A stretch of DNA of 60,480 nucleotides from Fibrobacteria bacterium (GCA_050486505.1 JBJHDK010000007.1:1-60480); one strand, 5' to 3'; positions 1-9,955 are shown, counted from the first letter of the stretch. Notes: generated from the letters alone by a model not told the origin. A program made the numbers and translations.

Positions 1-15
1 ACCTAAATTCCCCCC

Positions 16-1170
16 ATGCCCTCCCCCAAATCCATCGCACTCCTCGGCGCCACCGGCTCCATCGGCGCATCGACCCTCAAGGTCGTGCGCCAGCACCCCG
101 ACCGCTTCCGCATCGGCGGCGTGGCCATCGGCAGCAAGATCGACCTCCTCCTGCCCATCCTCGAGGAGTTCGACGTCCCCGTCGCCGTCGTCTTCGACCC
201 CGCCGCCGCCGAGGCCCTGTCGAAGCACTGGTCGGGCAAGGTCATCGCCGGCATGGACGGCCTCATGGAATTGGTCGCCGACCCCTCCATCGACTACGTC
301 CTCAACGGTCTCGTCGGCTCCATCGGCTGCCGCCCCACACTTGAAGCCATCCGGCACGGCAAGGCCGTCGGCCTCGCCAACAAGGAAAGCATGGTCATGG
401 CCGGCGATCTCATCAATGCCGCGCTGCAGCGCCACCCCGAAAGTTCTCTCGTTCCTATCGACTCGGAACACTCCGCCATCTTCCAGTGCCTCGGAGGGCG
501 CCCCGTCGAAGAAATCGACTTCCTGCAACTGACGGCTTCGGGAGGTCCCTTCCGGGAGTTGCCCCGGGAACGGTTCCCCTCCATCACCAAGGCGGAAGCG
601 CTCAAACATCCCACCTGGGTCATGGGCGAAAAGATCACCATCGACTCCGCCACCCTCATGAACAAGGGTCTCGAAGTCATCGAGGCACATCAACTTTTCG
701 GGGTGGGCTTCGACAAGATCAAGGTCGTGGTGCATCCGAGTTCCATCGTGCACTCCCTGGTGCAGTTCCGCGACGGATCGCTGATGGCCCAACTCGGCTG
801 CCCCGACATGTGCGTGCCCATCCTCTACGCCCTCGCCCACCCCGAGCGCCTGCCGCTTGAGACTCCGCGCCTCGACCTCGCCGAAGTCGGCAAGCTCGAA
901 TTCTTCCCTCCCGACACCGACAAGTTCCCCTGCCTGCGCCTCGCCTTCGAGGCCGGGCGGCGGGGCGGCACGGCTCCGGCCATCCTCAATGCCGCCAACG
1001 AGGCTGCCGTCGACCTCTTCCTGCGCGACAAGATCCGCTTCGCGGAAATCCCCGTGCTGCTCGAAAGCGTGCTCGGTCGCGCCTCCATCACCGAGTTGCA
1101 GGCCATCGAACAGGCCGTCGCCGCCGACTGTTGGGCGCGCGAGGCGGTGGTCGAAGCTGCGGGGGCTTAG
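16..1170 (+). CDS. dxr: 1-deoxy-D-xylulose-5-phosphate reductoisomerase
   Basis: LGATGSIG NADPH motif, LANKES, PIDSEHSAIF, LTASGGPFR, HPTWVMGEKITIDSATLMNKGLEVIEA. Confidence 0.98.
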   Translation: MPSPKSIALLGATGSIGASTLKVVRQHPDRFRIGGVAIGSKIDLLLPILEEFDVPVAVVFDPAAAEALSKHWSGKVIAGMDGLMELVADPSIDYVLNGLVGSIGCRPTLEAIRHGKAVGLANKESMVMAGDLINAALQRHPESSLVPIDSEHSAIFQCLGGRPVEEIDFLQLTASGGPFRELPRERFPSITKAEALKHPTWVMGEKITIDSATLMNKGLEVIEAHQLFGVGFDKIKVVVHPSSIVHSLVQFRDGSLMAQLGCPDMCVPILYALAHPERLPLETPRLDLAEVGKLEFFPPDTDKFPCLRLAFEAGRRGGTAPAILNAANEAAVDLFLRDKIRFAEIPVLLESVLGRASITELQAIEQAVAADCWAREAVVEAAGA

Positions 1171-1171
1171 T

Positions 1172-1281
1172 GGCGGGTTATGGACGAGATGGACTTTATG
1201 GACTGGCTGGACAAGGCACCACTCCAGCCAGTCCATAAAGTCCATCTCGTCCAGTCGTCCATCTGTCGTTCATAACCCGCC
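1172..1281. repeat. Perfect 31-bp inverted repeat built of 9-bp TGGACnnnn units, inside an outer 11-bp IR
   Basis: 1181-1211 is the exact reverse complement of 1223-1253; GGCGGGTTATG 1172-1182 pairs with CATAACCCGCC 1271-1281. Confidence 0.9.
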
Positions 1282-1557
1282 CCCACCAGCCCCGAACAGG
1301 GAGCAACAGGGACGCCACCAGCGCCCCCCTTGCCCAAAGAGCAACAGGAATCAAACAGGGACGCCGGAGCCCCGGGCGAGCGGGAGCAGGCGCTCCGACG
1401 TCCGCCTCCGGCGGATACCGGGAGTACGCCGAGGAGGAGCAACGCACTCCCGCGACGCCCGCGGCCCGGCGAAACGAAGACCCGCCCATCAAAGCTCCCC
1501 CCGCTTCATCATGCAACACCAGTAACCCTTACAGTCGTACATTCCTACCTTTCACAA

Positions 1558-2892
1558 ATGCCCGAACTCACCGGTTACTGGTCCCTCCTCTACCAAATTC
1601 CCATCGGCCTCATCGGCCTCAGCCTCATGGTCTTCGTCCACGAACTCGGCCACTTCCTGGCCGCGAAGTGGATGGGAGTGCGCGTCCATACCTTCTCGAT
1701 CGGATTCGGCAAAAAGCTCGTCCGCTTCAAGCGCGGTGACACGGAATACTGCCTCTCGGCCATCCCGTTCGGCGGATACGTCGCCATGGCCGGGGAGAAC
1801 CCCGACGAAGGCGGCTACGGAAGCACGGACGAGTTCCAGCGCAAATCGATCCCCGCGCGCATCTTCATCGCTATCGCCGGCCCCGCCGCCAACCTGATCT
1901 TTGCCGTGGCCATCCTGTTCGGGTTGAACCTGTACGGGGTGCAGGAACCCAGGCAAACCGTCGTGGTGGGGCACGTCGAGGAAGCCTCCGCCGGGGAACG
2001 CGCCGGAGTGCTCGTCGGGGACCGCCTGATCTCCTTCGGGGGGCGTCCACTGCGGAACTGGGAGCAGTTCATGCAGGAGGCCGCGCTGGGCGGCCCGCGT
2101 GAGCGTTCCCTCGTCATCGAACGCGAAGGCCGCGCCGACACATTGGCGCTGACTCCCGAGATGAATCCCCAGTTCGGCATCGCCTTCACCGGGTTGTTCG
2201 GCGAAGGGGAAGTGCAAGTGCAGCGCCTCATGCCCGGTCGTCCCGCGGCGCGGGCGGGGCTGCAACCGGGCGACGTGATCGACCGTGTGGACGGGGTGCG
2301 CATTCCATCGGCGCTGGCGTTGATCGAAATGATCAACGGTTCCGAGGGGCGTCCGCTGGAGATGGCCCTGCGCCGCGGGGACGATACGCTGACCGCCGTG
2401 GTCACGCCCGCGCACGACGCCGACAGCGACCGCTGGCTCATCGGCATCTACCCCGCCAGCGTGGTGCCGACCGTCTTCGTGCGCCGCGGCCCCGTGGAAA
2501 GCATGCAGACCAGCCTGTCGCAGACCTGGGATCATGCCACGTTGATCTTCCGGACCCTGGGCGGCCTGCTCACGGGGCAGGTGCAGGTCAAGGCTCTCTC
2601 GGGACCTGTCGGCATCGTACAGATGTTCTCGTTCAACCTGCAGCATAGCACGCAACGATTGCTCGAGTTCACCGCGCTTCTCAACACCAACCTGGCGGTG
2701 CTCAACCTCCTGCCATTGGCCATCACCGACGGCGGGCTCATCCTCTTCCTTTTGATCGAGGCGGTGCGGCGCAAGCCGGTCAGCCCGCGCGTGCAGGGTG
2801 CCATCAGCCGCGTGGCCGTCAGCTTCTTCATCGTGCTGTTCCTGTTCATCACGTTCCAGGACATCCTGCGGATTCCGATGTTTTTGGATTGA
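1558..2892 (+). CDS. rseP: RIP metalloprotease RseP with two PDZ domains
   Basis: HELGH, FSIGFG, IPFGGYV, AGPAAN, NLLPLAITDGG; follows dxr; start moved from TTG 1330 to ATG 1558. Confidence 0.95.
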   Translation: MPELTGYWSLLYQIPIGLIGLSLMVFVHELGHFLAAKWMGVRVHTFSIGFGKKLVRFKRGDTEYCLSAIPFGGYVAMAGENPDEGGYGSTDEFQRKSIPARIFIAIAGPAANLIFAVAILFGLNLYGVQEPRQTVVVGHVEEASAGERAGVLVGDRLISFGGRPLRNWEQFMQEAALGGPRERSLVIEREGRADTLALTPEMNPQFGIAFTGLFGEGEVQVQRLMPGRPAARAGLQPGDVIDRVDGVRIPSALALIEMINGSEGRPLEMALRRGDDTLTAVVTPAHDADSDRWLIGIYPASVVPTVFVRRGPVESMQTSLSQTWDHATLIFRTLGGLLTGQVQVKALSGPVGIVQMFSFNLQHSTQRLLEFTALLNTNLAVLNLLPLAITDGGLILFLLIEAVRRKPVSPRVQGAISRVAVSFFIVLFLFITFQDILRIPMFLD

Positions 2893-2902
2893 TCCGGGTG
2901 GG

Positions 2903-2934
2903 GTGTAGGGGCAAATGATCATTTGCCCCTACAC
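2903..2934. repeat. GTAG-type REP, perfect 32-bp palindrome
   Basis: GTGTAGGGGCAAATGA|TCATTTGCCCCTACAC. Confidence 0.9.
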
Positions 2935-2997
2935 GTCCGCCACATCGATATCCGCCAAAAACATCGGCTCCATCCTCGATTTCTACCGTTGTCCTCC

Positions 2998-4278
2998 ATG
3001 AAAATCCTCGTCATCGGCAGCGGCGGGCGCGAGCACGCCATCGGCCTCAAACTCGCCCAATCCCCGCAAAAACCCGAGCTTCTCTTCGCCCCGGGAAACC
3101 CCGGCATGGCCGCCTTGGGGACCTGTCATCCCATCGCCGCGGACGATCTCCCCGCCCTGCTGAAACTCGCGGCCGCGGAGAAACCCGATCTTACCGTGGT
3201 TGGCCCGGAGGTTCCCCTCGTCAAAGGCCTCGTGGACGTCTTCCGCAAGGCCGGCCACACCGTCTTCGGACCGACCGCAGCTGCCGCGCGCCTCGAAGGC
3301 TCCAAGGCCTTCTCCAAGGATTTCATGGCCCGCTACGGGATCCCCACCGCAGCCTACCAGACCTTCACCGAGCATGAACCCGCCCGCGCCTTTCTGGAGA
3401 AAACCGGCGCACCGGTGGTGGTCAAAGCCAGCGGCCTGGCCGCGGGCAAGGGCGCCGTGGTCTGCATGACCCTCGAGGAAGCGCATGTCGCCCTCGACTC
3501 CATGCTCGGTCCCGATGCCGTGTTCGGCGAAGCCGGGCGCGAAGTCGTCATCGAGGAGTTTATGGAGGGCGAGGAGGCCTCGGTGTTCGCGGTCTGCGAC
3601 GGGGAGCGCTACGTGTTGTTGCCGACCGCGCAGGATCACAAACGTGCCTTCGACGGCGACGCCGGCCCCAACACGGGGGGGATGGGAGCATATTCCCCCG
3701 CCCCGATCATGACACCCGAACTTCTCGAACGCACCTGTCGCGAAGTCATTGAACCAACGCTCGCGGGCATGCGAACGGAAGGGTGCCCGTACGAGGGGGT
3801 TTTGTACGTTGGCCTGATGCTGACCACGCAAGGCCCCAAGGTCGTGGAATTCAACTGCCGACTGGGTGACCCCGAAACCCAGTGCGTGTTGCCGATCCAC
3901 GAGGGAGACCTGGCGGACCTCTTCCTTGCGGCTGCGACGGGACAGCTCGATTCCGCGAAACACGGGCGGGCCCAGGCTCCCCGGGAAAGCGCCGCCGTCA
4001 TCGTCCTCGCATCGGGAGGCTACCCGGGCCCGTACCGCAACGGCATGCGCATCGAAGGCGTCGACGAAGCCGAGACTGTTCCGGGCGTGCAGGTGTTGCA
4101 TGCGGGGACGAAACTTCAGGACGGATTCCTGGCCACGGCCGGGGGGCGCGTCCTGGGCGTCACCGGGAAGGGGGGCACCCTGAAGGCCGCCCTCTCCACG
4201 GCCTACGCCGGAGTCGATCGCATCCACTTCGAGGGCATGCACTTCCGTCGCGACATCGGGCAAAAGGGTTTGCAATGA
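2998..4278 (+). CDS. purD: Phosphoribosylamine-glycine ligase
   Basis: MKILVIGSGGREHA, VVKASGLAAGKG, QDHKR, GPNTGGMGAYSP, EFNCRLGDPETQ. Confidence 0.98.
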   Translation: MKILVIGSGGREHAIGLKLAQSPQKPELLFAPGNPGMAALGTCHPIAADDLPALLKLAAAEKPDLTVVGPEVPLVKGLVDVFRKAGHTVFGPTAAAARLEGSKAFSKDFMARYGIPTAAYQTFTEHEPARAFLEKTGAPVVVKASGLAAGKGAVVCMTLEEAHVALDSMLGPDAVFGEAGREVVIEEFMEGEEASVFAVCDGERYVLLPTAQDHKRAFDGDAGPNTGGMGAYSPAPIMTPELLERTCREVIEPTLAGMRTEGCPYEGVLYVGLMLTTQGPKVVEFNCRLGDPETQCVLPIHEGDLADLFLAAATGQLDSAKHGRAQAPRESAAVIVLASGGYPGPYRNGMRIEGVDEAETVPGVQVLHAGTKLQDGFLATAGGRVLGVTGKGGTLKAALSTAYAGVDRIHFEGMHFRRDIGQKGLQ

Positions 4279-5144
4279 TCCTCACCCCTCCCCCCGCCTG
4301 TGGTTCCCCCCTCCCCACTCCATTGCGCAAGCGAAAATGGAGAGGGGAGGGAGGCCGTGGGGGTGGGGTGAGGACATGCGCCCTCGCAGCAGTGTTCGCC
4401 GCCTTTGCACTGAACGCTCACGCCGCTCCCCCCGTGCCGAAAGATACCGTGGATCTGCGGGACTTGCGCCAAACCACCTTGCAGGCTCCCGAGGAACTGT
4501 TGTTCGACATCATCTGGGGCGGCTGGGGATTCAACTGGGTGCGGGCCGGCCAAGCCACCCTCGACCTGCTCCCCACGACGAACCCCAAGGTCTGGGAGAT
4601 CCGCAGCATCGCCACCGGAAACCGGTTCTTCCAGACGTTTTACCCGGTGAACGACACGGTCATCTCGTTCATCAACGCCAAGGGCGTCTATCCCCTGGCC
4701 TTTCACAAGATCCTGAACGAGGGGAACTACCACGCCCGCATCGCCACGGAGTTCGACCAGCGTGCCCACACCGTGACCACCCGGGACACGACCTTCCCCA
4801 CCGCCCCCTTCACCCACGACATCTTGTCGGCGTTCTACTACATCCGGACCCAGGACCTCGTTCCGGGAAAGAGCTTCGAGCTTTCGGCCGTGTCGGGGAA
4901 GAAGCACTACTCCCTGAGGGTAATCTGCCACCGCCGGGAAACCATTGAGGTTGCAGCCGGCCGCTTCGACACCTGGGTGATCGAGCCGGTCCTCAAGGAG
5001 GACGGGCTCTTCCAGGCGAAGGGCCGCCTGTGGATCTGGGTGACCCGGGACGAGCGCCGCATGCCGGTGCGGATGCAGAGCAAGATTCCGGTTGGATCCA
5101 TCAAGGCCGAGCTTGTCAGGGTCGGCCCCCGCGACGAGGGCTGA
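4275..5144 (+). CDS. Secreted DUF3108-domain protein (start ATG 4275 or GTG 4368)
   Basis: Signal-like ALAAVFAAFALNAHA; DILSAFYYIR, ETIEVAAGRFDT, IWVTRDERRMPVR, GSIKAEL fit DUF3108. Confidence 0.8.
   Translation: MILTPPPACGSPLPTPLRKRKWRGEGGRGGGVRTCALAAVFAAFALNAHAAPPVPKDTVDLRDLRQTTLQAPEELLFDIIWGGWGFNWVRAGQATLDLLPTTNPKVWEIRSIATGNRFFQTFYPVNDTVISFINAKGVYPLAFHKILNEGNYHARIATEFDQRAHTVTTRDTTFPTAPFTHDILSAFYYIRTQDLVPGKSFELSAVSGKKHYSLRVICHRRETIEVAAGRFDTWVIEPVLKEDGLFQAKGRLWIWVTRDERRMPVRMQSKIPVGSIKAELVRVGPRDEG
4279..4374. repeat. GC-rich palindromic element overlapping the 5' end of the DUF3108 gene
   Basis: TCCTCACCCC 4279-4288 / GGGGTGAGGA 4365-4374 outer arms; CTCCCCACTCCATT / AATGGAGAGGGGAG inner arms. 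Confidence 0.75.
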
Positions 5145-5266
5145 CCGCCGTCGTCCCCCGCCCTCCCCCGGCGGACCTTTCTGCCGGGGTGACGGACCTG
5201 AAACACTTTATGCGCTCCCAGGATTATATTCTGTCGGTCGTTGCACACCCATCCAAGGAGACCACA

Positions 5267-5674
5267 ATGCAATCGAACGACACGACCGCGGCGCTGCCGC
5301 TTCAAAACCAGGACCTCTTCTCCGCACTGGCGGCGCCGGCGACGGCTGCAGTCAGCAAAGTCAAGAAGGTCGCATCTTCCGCAAAGAAGAAGGCGGCCGG
5401 AGCGGCGAAGAAGGCCAAGGCAGCCGTGAAGAAAGCCGCGGCCAAAAAGGGCTCGGTGAAGAAGGCCGCCAAGAAGGTCGCGAAAAAGGCGGCGAAGAAG
5501 GCGGGCAAGGCGGTTGCGGCCGCGAAGTCCGCGGGCAAGAAGGCCAAGGGCGCGGCGAAGAAAGCCAAGGCCGCGGTCAAGAAGGCCGTGAAGAAGGTCG
5601 TCAAGAAGGCGGCGAAGAAGACTTCGAAGGCGAAGAAGTCCGTCAAGAAGGCCGTGAAGAAAAAGAAGAAGTGA
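5267..5674 (+). CDS. Histone H1-like Lys/Ala-rich protein
   Basis: AAGGAG RBS, ATG 5267, repeated AAKK/AVKK units, downstream terminator. Confidence 0.85.
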   Translation: MQSNDTTAALPLQNQDLFSALAAPATAAVSKVKKVASSAKKKAAGAAKKAKAAVKKAAAKKGSVKKAAKKVAKKAAKKAGKAVAAAKSAGKKAKGAAKKAKAAVKKAVKKVVKKAAKKTSKAKKSVKKAVKKKKK

Positions 5675-5713
5675 TCACGGGCGGGGGATCCCCGTTCCGT
5701 CATCGCGAGCCCG

Positions 5714-5749
5714 AAAAAAGGCCCCGCCGAATTGCTCGGCGGGGCCTTT
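5714..5749. terminator. Bidirectional intrinsic terminator
   Basis: A6-GGCCCCGCCGA-loop-TCGGCGGGGCC-TTT between convergent genes. Confidence 0.85.
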
Positions 5750-5772
5750 CTGCGCCCGGGACCGGAGGCTGA

Positions 5773-7116
5773 TCAGAAGAAGTAGGCGATCTTGCTGCTG
5801 AAGTACCAATCCTTGGGAGCAACCATGATGGACTGGCGCTTCGGAAGATTGACATCGCCGTCGCCCCGGTAGATCCCCGGCCGCCAATGATCGTTCGCCA
5901 CCTGCACGCTGACGCGAACGTGGTTCTGGATCACCTTCGCACCATGCAAAGACCACTTCCAGTTGTCCTCGGTAACGTTCTGGGTTTCGTTGGTATTCAC
6001 GGAGTTTTGCCAGCCGACCGGGTACGGAGAAGGCTTGTTGTACCCCGTCAGGTAGGGTTCCATGTCATCATGGAACGGTGCTCCGTACCATTGCACCTCC
6101 AGGGACAAGTGGTCAAGCCACCCGAAGGCCGGAAAGTTGAACCCGACCATGACCGGCATGCGGCGAGTCAGCTCCCCATACATTGCATTGTGGGCCTCGG
6201 TGTCATCAAGCCCGATCACGGCGATTTCGCCATAAAGCTTGAGATCCTCCTCGCCGAAACGGTCCGACGCGAAAAACACCTTGGGATCGAAGGTCGCACG
6301 GGCCATCAGCTTGATCCCGCGAAAGCTTAGCTGAATGGTGTCCGTGGGTGTGCCGGACGTATCACGCGTCACGAAAACATAGGTCGGATCGGTCGTGATC
6401 TTGCGATCCACCGGGATGTAGTGATAGAAGTTCACGCCTGCACCGATATCGAGCGAAGGGTGAACCTGGTAGCCGACGACATAAGCCGGAGAAATGTCGA
6501 AGTAGGGGTAGAAGTCCATGTCGCTGTTCAGGATGAAATCCTGGCGGAAATTTCCGACCCGGTGGTGCAGTTGCAGGCCGAGCATGTTGGCCACGGGCAG
6601 CACATGCTTCGTCTCGAAACCGGAAATGACAAAACCAGGATAGACCGGCCCTCGCAGGAGGTACAATCCGAGGTTCTTGACATCCGGATTGTACATATAC
6701 GGAAAAAGGCCGCCGCGAACATAGATGTCGGAGGTCTCACTCTCGTGGAAGCGATAGGTGAAGCGCGCTTCGGAAACAAAGGCACCGACACCGAGCGGGG
6801 CATAACCAGTGGGTTCGCCGGGCATTGATCGCATCGAATGGCCTGCGGCAAGGCCGACACCGGCGGCGATGTCGAGTTGGTCCGAGATCTGGTTGCGCAG
6901 CGTCAGCAGCGCGCCCCAGGACAACAAGCTCTTGCCGTTGTGATCTGCCGCTTCCGCCGTGTCGGAACTGTGTCCCACGATGGAGATCTGCGACCACCCG
7001 GCCGCACCGAGTTGGACGCCCTCCTTTGCGAACAGGGGAGCACTGGTAAAGCCTCCGACGACAAGGAGCAATCCTGAAAACAGGAGCGGGCGGCTTCTAA
7101 ATGGAAAAACGTTCAT
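5773..7116 (-). CDS. Uncharacterised outer-membrane beta-barrel paralogue 1
   Basis: Signal peptide, C-terminal KIAYFF; family motifs YNPDVKNLGLYLLRGPVYPG, DLKLYGE, DNWKWS, QVANDH, PKDWY. Confidence 0.8.
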   Translation of the reverse strand: MNVFPFRSRPLLFSGLLLVVGGFTSAPLFAKEGVQLGAAGWSQISIVGHSSDTAEAADHNGKSLLSWGALLTLRNQISDQLDIAAGVGLAAGHSMRSMPGEPTGYAPLGVGAFVSEARFTYRFHESETSDIYVRGGLFPYMYNPDVKNLGLYLLRGPVYPGFVISGFETKHVLPVANMLGLQLHHRVGNFRQDFILNSDMDFYPYFDISPAYVVGYQVHPSLDIGAGVNFYHYIPVDRKITTDPTYVFVTRDTSGTPTDTIQLSFRGIKLMARATFDPKVFFASDRFGEEDLKLYGEIAVIGLDDTEAHNAMYGELTRRMPVMVGFNFPAFGWLDHLSLEVQWYGAPFHDDMEPYLTGYNKPSPYPVGWQNSVNTNETQNVTEDNWKWSLHGAKVIQNHVRVSVQVANDHWRPGIYRGDGDVNLPKRQSIMVAPKDWYFSSKIAYFF

Positions 7117-7144
7117 GTCGGTGTTCCTGTATTGCCCTGGGATC

Positions 7145-8476
7145 CTAGAAGAAGTACGCAAGTTTGGCCGTCCAGTACCAATCCTTGGGGGTGGTCAAGG
7201 CCTCCACCCCACTGGGCGAGTGATTGGAGCCTCCCGGACGCAAGTGGTCATTGGCGACCTGGGCGGAGATTTCCATGCTCCCGAAAAGCACCTTGGCGGC
7301 ATTGACCGACCATTTCCAGTTGTCGCGGGAGGTGTCGGCATTCTCGGCCGGCCCGTCTTCACGGGGAAGCCATGACGCGGTCTCACCCGTGTAGTACGTG
7401 TCCACGAAATTCCGCGAGGCGTAGTACTGAACCTCAACCGAGAGGTAATCGAGATATCCCATGGCCGGGAGATTCATGCCCAACATGACAGGGATTCGAC
7501 GCATGATGTCGTCGTAATATTCAGGATAGTCTTTCAGTCCAATCACGCCGACTTCACCGTAGAGCTTCAGGTCGGACGCGCCGAAGTCCCTGCCGAACAC
7601 GCCTTGCAAGCCCAGCAAGGGCTTGGGATCGACCCCGAAGCGGAACATTAGCTTCGTGCCGGCCAAATCTCCCGTGATCGTGTCGTACACGGGAATCTGG
7701 AAGCCCGGGAAGCTGACACTATCCACGCCGGTGCTGTCGCCGAGGATGTAGCAGGAATTTCCGCTTGCAATGGGACAGTTGGTCCCGGGATCCCGGAAAT
7801 CGTTGTTCCCCATGATCAGTCGATAAAAATTGATGCCCGCACCAAGTTCCACGCCTTCGGTCGGCGTCCACGTGAAGACATTCGCCACCGAGAAGTCATA
7901 AATGGGGCGGTCTTCATTCTCGGACTTGAGGATGAAGTCGTTGCGAATGTTGCCGACCTCATAGCGGGCGACCGCGCCGAAGATGTTGCCGAATCCGGAA
8001 ACAATGGCACCCGGATACACGTAGCCGCGCATGAGGTACTGCCCGAGATTCTTGGTATCGGGATTGTAGCCGTAGCCGAAGTTTCCGAGCGTCAGCTGGA
8101 ACTTCGACTCTTCGGTAAAGCCTTGGCTATTGCGTGTAATGCGGGTTTCTGAGATGAACGGGACCCAGAAGGGGTACCAGTAGTTCACCTGCGAGCGATC
8201 GCCGCGGGCAAGATGCGTCCCCACGACGCCGAAGCCGAACCCCGCCGACCATTGTTCGTCGAAATGCGCGGAAATGTTCAACACGGCACCGCTGTTCTGC
8301 ATCCAGTTCTTGTTGTAGTTGTTCGTCGGGTCGAGGACCTCGCTCCGTTCAATGCGACCGAACTCGGTCCAACCGGCGGCACCGTAGTCCAGTTCGAATG
8401 CAGGAGCGGAGAGAACCGGGAGCACGGCGCACAAGGCCGTCAATGGGAGAGAAATCGTTTTACGCATGTTGTTCAC
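7145..8476 (-). CDS. Uncharacterised outer-membrane beta-barrel paralogue 2
   Basis: GGAGGA RBS before GTG; signal peptide; YNPDTKNLGQYLMRGYVYPG, DNWKWS, QVANDH; ends KLAYFF. Confidence 0.8.
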   Translation of the reverse strand: MNNMRKTISLPLTALCAVLPVLSAPAFELDYGAAGWTEFGRIERSEVLDPTNNYNKNWMQNSGAVLNISAHFDEQWSAGFGFGVVGTHLARGDRSQVNYWYPFWVPFISETRITRNSQGFTEESKFQLTLGNFGYGYNPDTKNLGQYLMRGYVYPGAIVSGFGNIFGAVARYEVGNIRNDFILKSENEDRPIYDFSVANVFTWTPTEGVELGAGINFYRLIMGNNDFRDPGTNCPIASGNSCYILGDSTGVDSVSFPGFQIPVYDTITGDLAGTKLMFRFGVDPKPLLGLQGVFGRDFGASDLKLYGEVGVIGLKDYPEYYDDIMRRIPVMLGMNLPAMGYLDYLSVEVQYYASRNFVDTYYTGETASWLPREDGPAENADTSRDNWKWSVNAAKVLFGSMEISAQVANDHLRPGGSNHSPSGVEALTTPKDWYWTAKLAYFF

Positions 8477-8491
8477 CCGAATCCTCCCGGA

Positions 8492-9841
8492 TCAGAAGAA
8501 AAATCCCAGACGGGCCATGAAGTACCACTCGCTGGGAGACGAAAAGGCAGCTTCGGTTCCCCCTTCCTGAGTAATCAGTCCGGTCGAGAACGGCAGGGGC
8601 CTGTGATGATCGCTCGCGAGCTGTCCCGTAAAGCGGATGTGCGATGCCACATTCTTCTCAAACAGTATCGACCACCTCCAGCTGTCATCCTTCGATTCTC
8701 CCTCCACCGGAACCGGAATCGGAACCGGGCGCTGGGGGTTCCACCTCCAGGGCGCGACCATTGAATTGGGGTTACCGATGTAGTAGAGATCGTTCCGGTA
8801 TGGCGATCCGTACCATTCGGCCTCCACGGAAAGTCTGTCGAGCCAACCGAATGTCGGAAAATTGAAGCCGAGCATGACAGGAATCCGTTCCAGCGGGTCA
8901 TCGTAGAACGAGCCTTGGTTCTTCACACCGATGAGTGCGGCCTCGCCGTACAAGCGAAGGTCGTGATGACTGCCACGCGAAAGCGGAAACCAATGCTTGA
9001 GGTCAAGGCTGAACATCGCCATCAACTTGGTTCCCTGATGGGTGTAGTAAAGCGTGTCTCCCGCGTCGTCGACCTCGTAGCTGCGCGGGTTCGCATTCGG
9101 CAGCTTTCCGGGCTTCATCAGGTCCGATTCGTAAGGGACGAGACGATGAAAGTTCACGCCGGCGCCGATTTCCAGGGCCTGAAGCGGGCGATACTTGGCG
9201 ATGTAGGCAAGGCTCCAGTCGAAGGTCGGTGGAAGCTCGTGCTCATTGATGAACAACAGGTCATGGCTGAAGTTTCCCGCCTTGTGGTGCACCTTGACCC
9301 CCATCTGGGTCGCCTTGGTGCTGTCCAGTTCGAACTGCTGAAAACCCGATATCAGGATGCCGGGATACACCGGCCCCCTCAGCAGGTAGGCGCCCAGGTT
9401 GTGCGCGTCACGGTTGTAGATGTGGGAATAGTTCCCCATCGTCACGCTGAACCAGGGGTTCTCCCGGTCGCCCTCGAAGTAGGTCAGGTTCGCTTGGGCG
9501 ACATACCCCCTGAACGTCGTGAAGGTTTGCGCATAGGGAGTGTAGTTCTCCGAGCCGCTCAGGACGAAAATCCCGAGGGAGTTCGAGATCTGCCTGGCCC
9601 CGACTCCGATCGTGGCCGTCAGTTTTTCACCGAGATCCGCCTCCACGACGATCTGGCCTCCCGTGCTCTGCAGCGAACTTCCAGAGACGTCGATCGAATC
9701 CGCGGTATTTCCGAACTGCTTTCTGGATGCGTCCATGACCCGACCGATTTCCGTCCAGGCCTGGCCGTGCAAGCGAAACGGAACGGTCTCATTCGCCGAT
9801 GCCACGGCGGCGGCGAGAGTAATCAGCGTGAGAGTTCTCAT
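8492..9841 (-). CDS. Uncharacterised outer-membrane beta-barrel paralogue 3
   Basis: MRTLTLITLAAAVASA signal; YNRDAHNLGAYLLRGPVYPG, DLRLYGE, QLASDH; ends RLGFFF. Confidence 0.8.
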   Translation of the reverse strand: MRTLTLITLAAAVASANETVPFRLHGQAWTEIGRVMDASRKQFGNTADSIDVSGSSLQSTGGQIVVEADLGEKLTATIGVGARQISNSLGIFVLSGSENYTPYAQTFTTFRGYVAQANLTYFEGDRENPWFSVTMGNYSHIYNRDAHNLGAYLLRGPVYPGILISGFQQFELDSTKATQMGVKVHHKAGNFSHDLLFINEHELPPTFDWSLAYIAKYRPLQALEIGAGVNFHRLVPYESDLMKPGKLPNANPRSYEVDDAGDTLYYTHQGTKLMAMFSLDLKHWFPLSRGSHHDLRLYGEAALIGVKNQGSFYDDPLERIPVMLGFNFPTFGWLDRLSVEAEWYGSPYRNDLYYIGNPNSMVAPWRWNPQRPVPIPVPVEGESKDDSWRWSILFEKNVASHIRFTGQLASDHHRPLPFSTGLITQEGGTEAAFSSPSEWYFMARLGFFF

Positions 9842-9955
9842 GAAACATCGACCCTTCTGAAGGTTAGGACAAGCCGGAACTCCCTGCAGGTCTCTGCGGG
9901 CATCGGCCGGGAAAGGTCGGCGGAGCATGTTCGATATGCCCCGACCGACACCGAA

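Noticed and set aside
1330..1557. N-terminal extension of RseP from TTG 1330
   Set aside because: Low-complexity Pro/Arg text with no RseP similarity; ATG 1558 gives a normal N-terminus
5773..9841. Diversity-generating retroelement or invertible shufflon acting on the barrel paralogues
   Set aside because: No reverse transcriptase or recombinase, and no near-identical template repeat seen; the paralogues are old and divergent
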